Of a stretch of 38,458 bases of DNA, positions 37,805-38,458 are shown one piece after another. The position numbers and the translations under genes were made by a program. Source of the stretch: Pseudobdellovibrionaceae bacterium (GTDB lineage Bacteria; Bdellovibrionota; Bdellovibrionia; Bdellovibrionales; Bdellovibrionaceae); contig JBDHWW010000028.1 in assembly GCA_039810425.1 (NCBI GenBank), forward strand, positions 1 through 38,458. Direction: 5' to 3'. A model generated the notes under the pieces. It was not told where the DNA came from and ran no database searches. It saw only the letters and a list, made by a program, of their open reading frames with translations. Position 1 is the first letter of the stretch, and every line of letters starts with the position of its first letter.

Positions 37805-38446
37805 TTATTGCAATTGCTGCAAGATAACACTAATATTGGTTGCAAGTTTGTTTGTGTCATCAACGATGACAGTTTGCTTTCCTTCGCTTAAACTATTCAA
37901 ACCTTTTATGTCAGTGGCCAGTTGTTGTGCTTGGTCGTGGTCTTTGATATTCTTGTAGTTTACAAATGCAACTAGCCCTGCAACAGCTACTACTGGCACT
38001 GCCGCTCCGCCAGTACCGATAATTACACCGGCCATCGCAATGAAATTATAAGTCACCCATAAACCCGCATTCGTCTGTGTGCGACGAGCGTCATCGTTAG
38101 CAATTCTCTGAATATCTTCGATTCTATAGCTCTCACGATTACCTAGAGCGAGTTCGGCGATTTGATTTGTAAAATTCCATCAGTTATCCACAGATTTCCG
38201 ATATTTTCAGTTGAGGCGTTGTGGATAACTGGTTCGGTCGTCAGTTACCGCGCCCAATGCGCCAGCCATCATGCCATCTGAAGTTGTTGATCGTTCAATA
38301 TTCTCAAGGCCTTTGTCAGATTGAAGCCCAAAAACGAGCGATGGCCAGACATCTCCATTGCCAGTGTGGATTTCACATTGGGTTGCCCTCTAAGTCACTA
38401 TGGTCGAAGCACGCACTAATCCATTGAACAACCAGCGGAGCTGTCC
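37805..38446 (-). pseudogene. Probable degraded gene (membrane-segment-containing protein)
   Basis: The frame of ORF 37805-38056 continues upstream through a few in-frame stops (e.g. TGA at 38180-38182). Confidence 0.35.
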
Positions 38447-38458
38447 TTACTCGACGAA

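Noticed and set aside
1..38458. CRISPR array
   Set aside because: No regularly spaced short repeats with unique spacers and no cas genes seen

Overview
The window probably comes from a Bdellovibrionota-like bacterium; this is inferred from gene content and is not proven. The left half (1-19.3 kb) holds three chromosomal-type units. The first is a class II aldolase-mtnA-mtnP SAM by-product salvage operon. The second is a locus with sigma28-like promoters that encodes a 2308-aa Ig-repeat/NHL lipoprotein, a TPR protein, MotA, MotB, a membrane protein ending in a FliG_C-like domain and a probable outer-membrane barrel, with no other flagellar genes. The third is a CzcA/CusA-type heavy-metal RND operon. 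The right half is a ~17.85 kb tyrosine-integrase element inserted into a group-I-intron-containing tRNA-Leu(UAA) gene. The host 5' exon (19334-19368) is separated from its intron and 3' exon (37216-37509), and neither junction rebuilds a full tRNA. The element instead carries its own complete, divergent tRNA-Leu(UAA) with a second group I intron (20881-21238) directly behind the integrase. Cargo includes a TolC-MFP-MacB pump, divergent HTH regulators, a ~3.9 kb repeat-bounded replicon-like module, an orphan DNA methyltransferase operon and several cis-acting repeat families.
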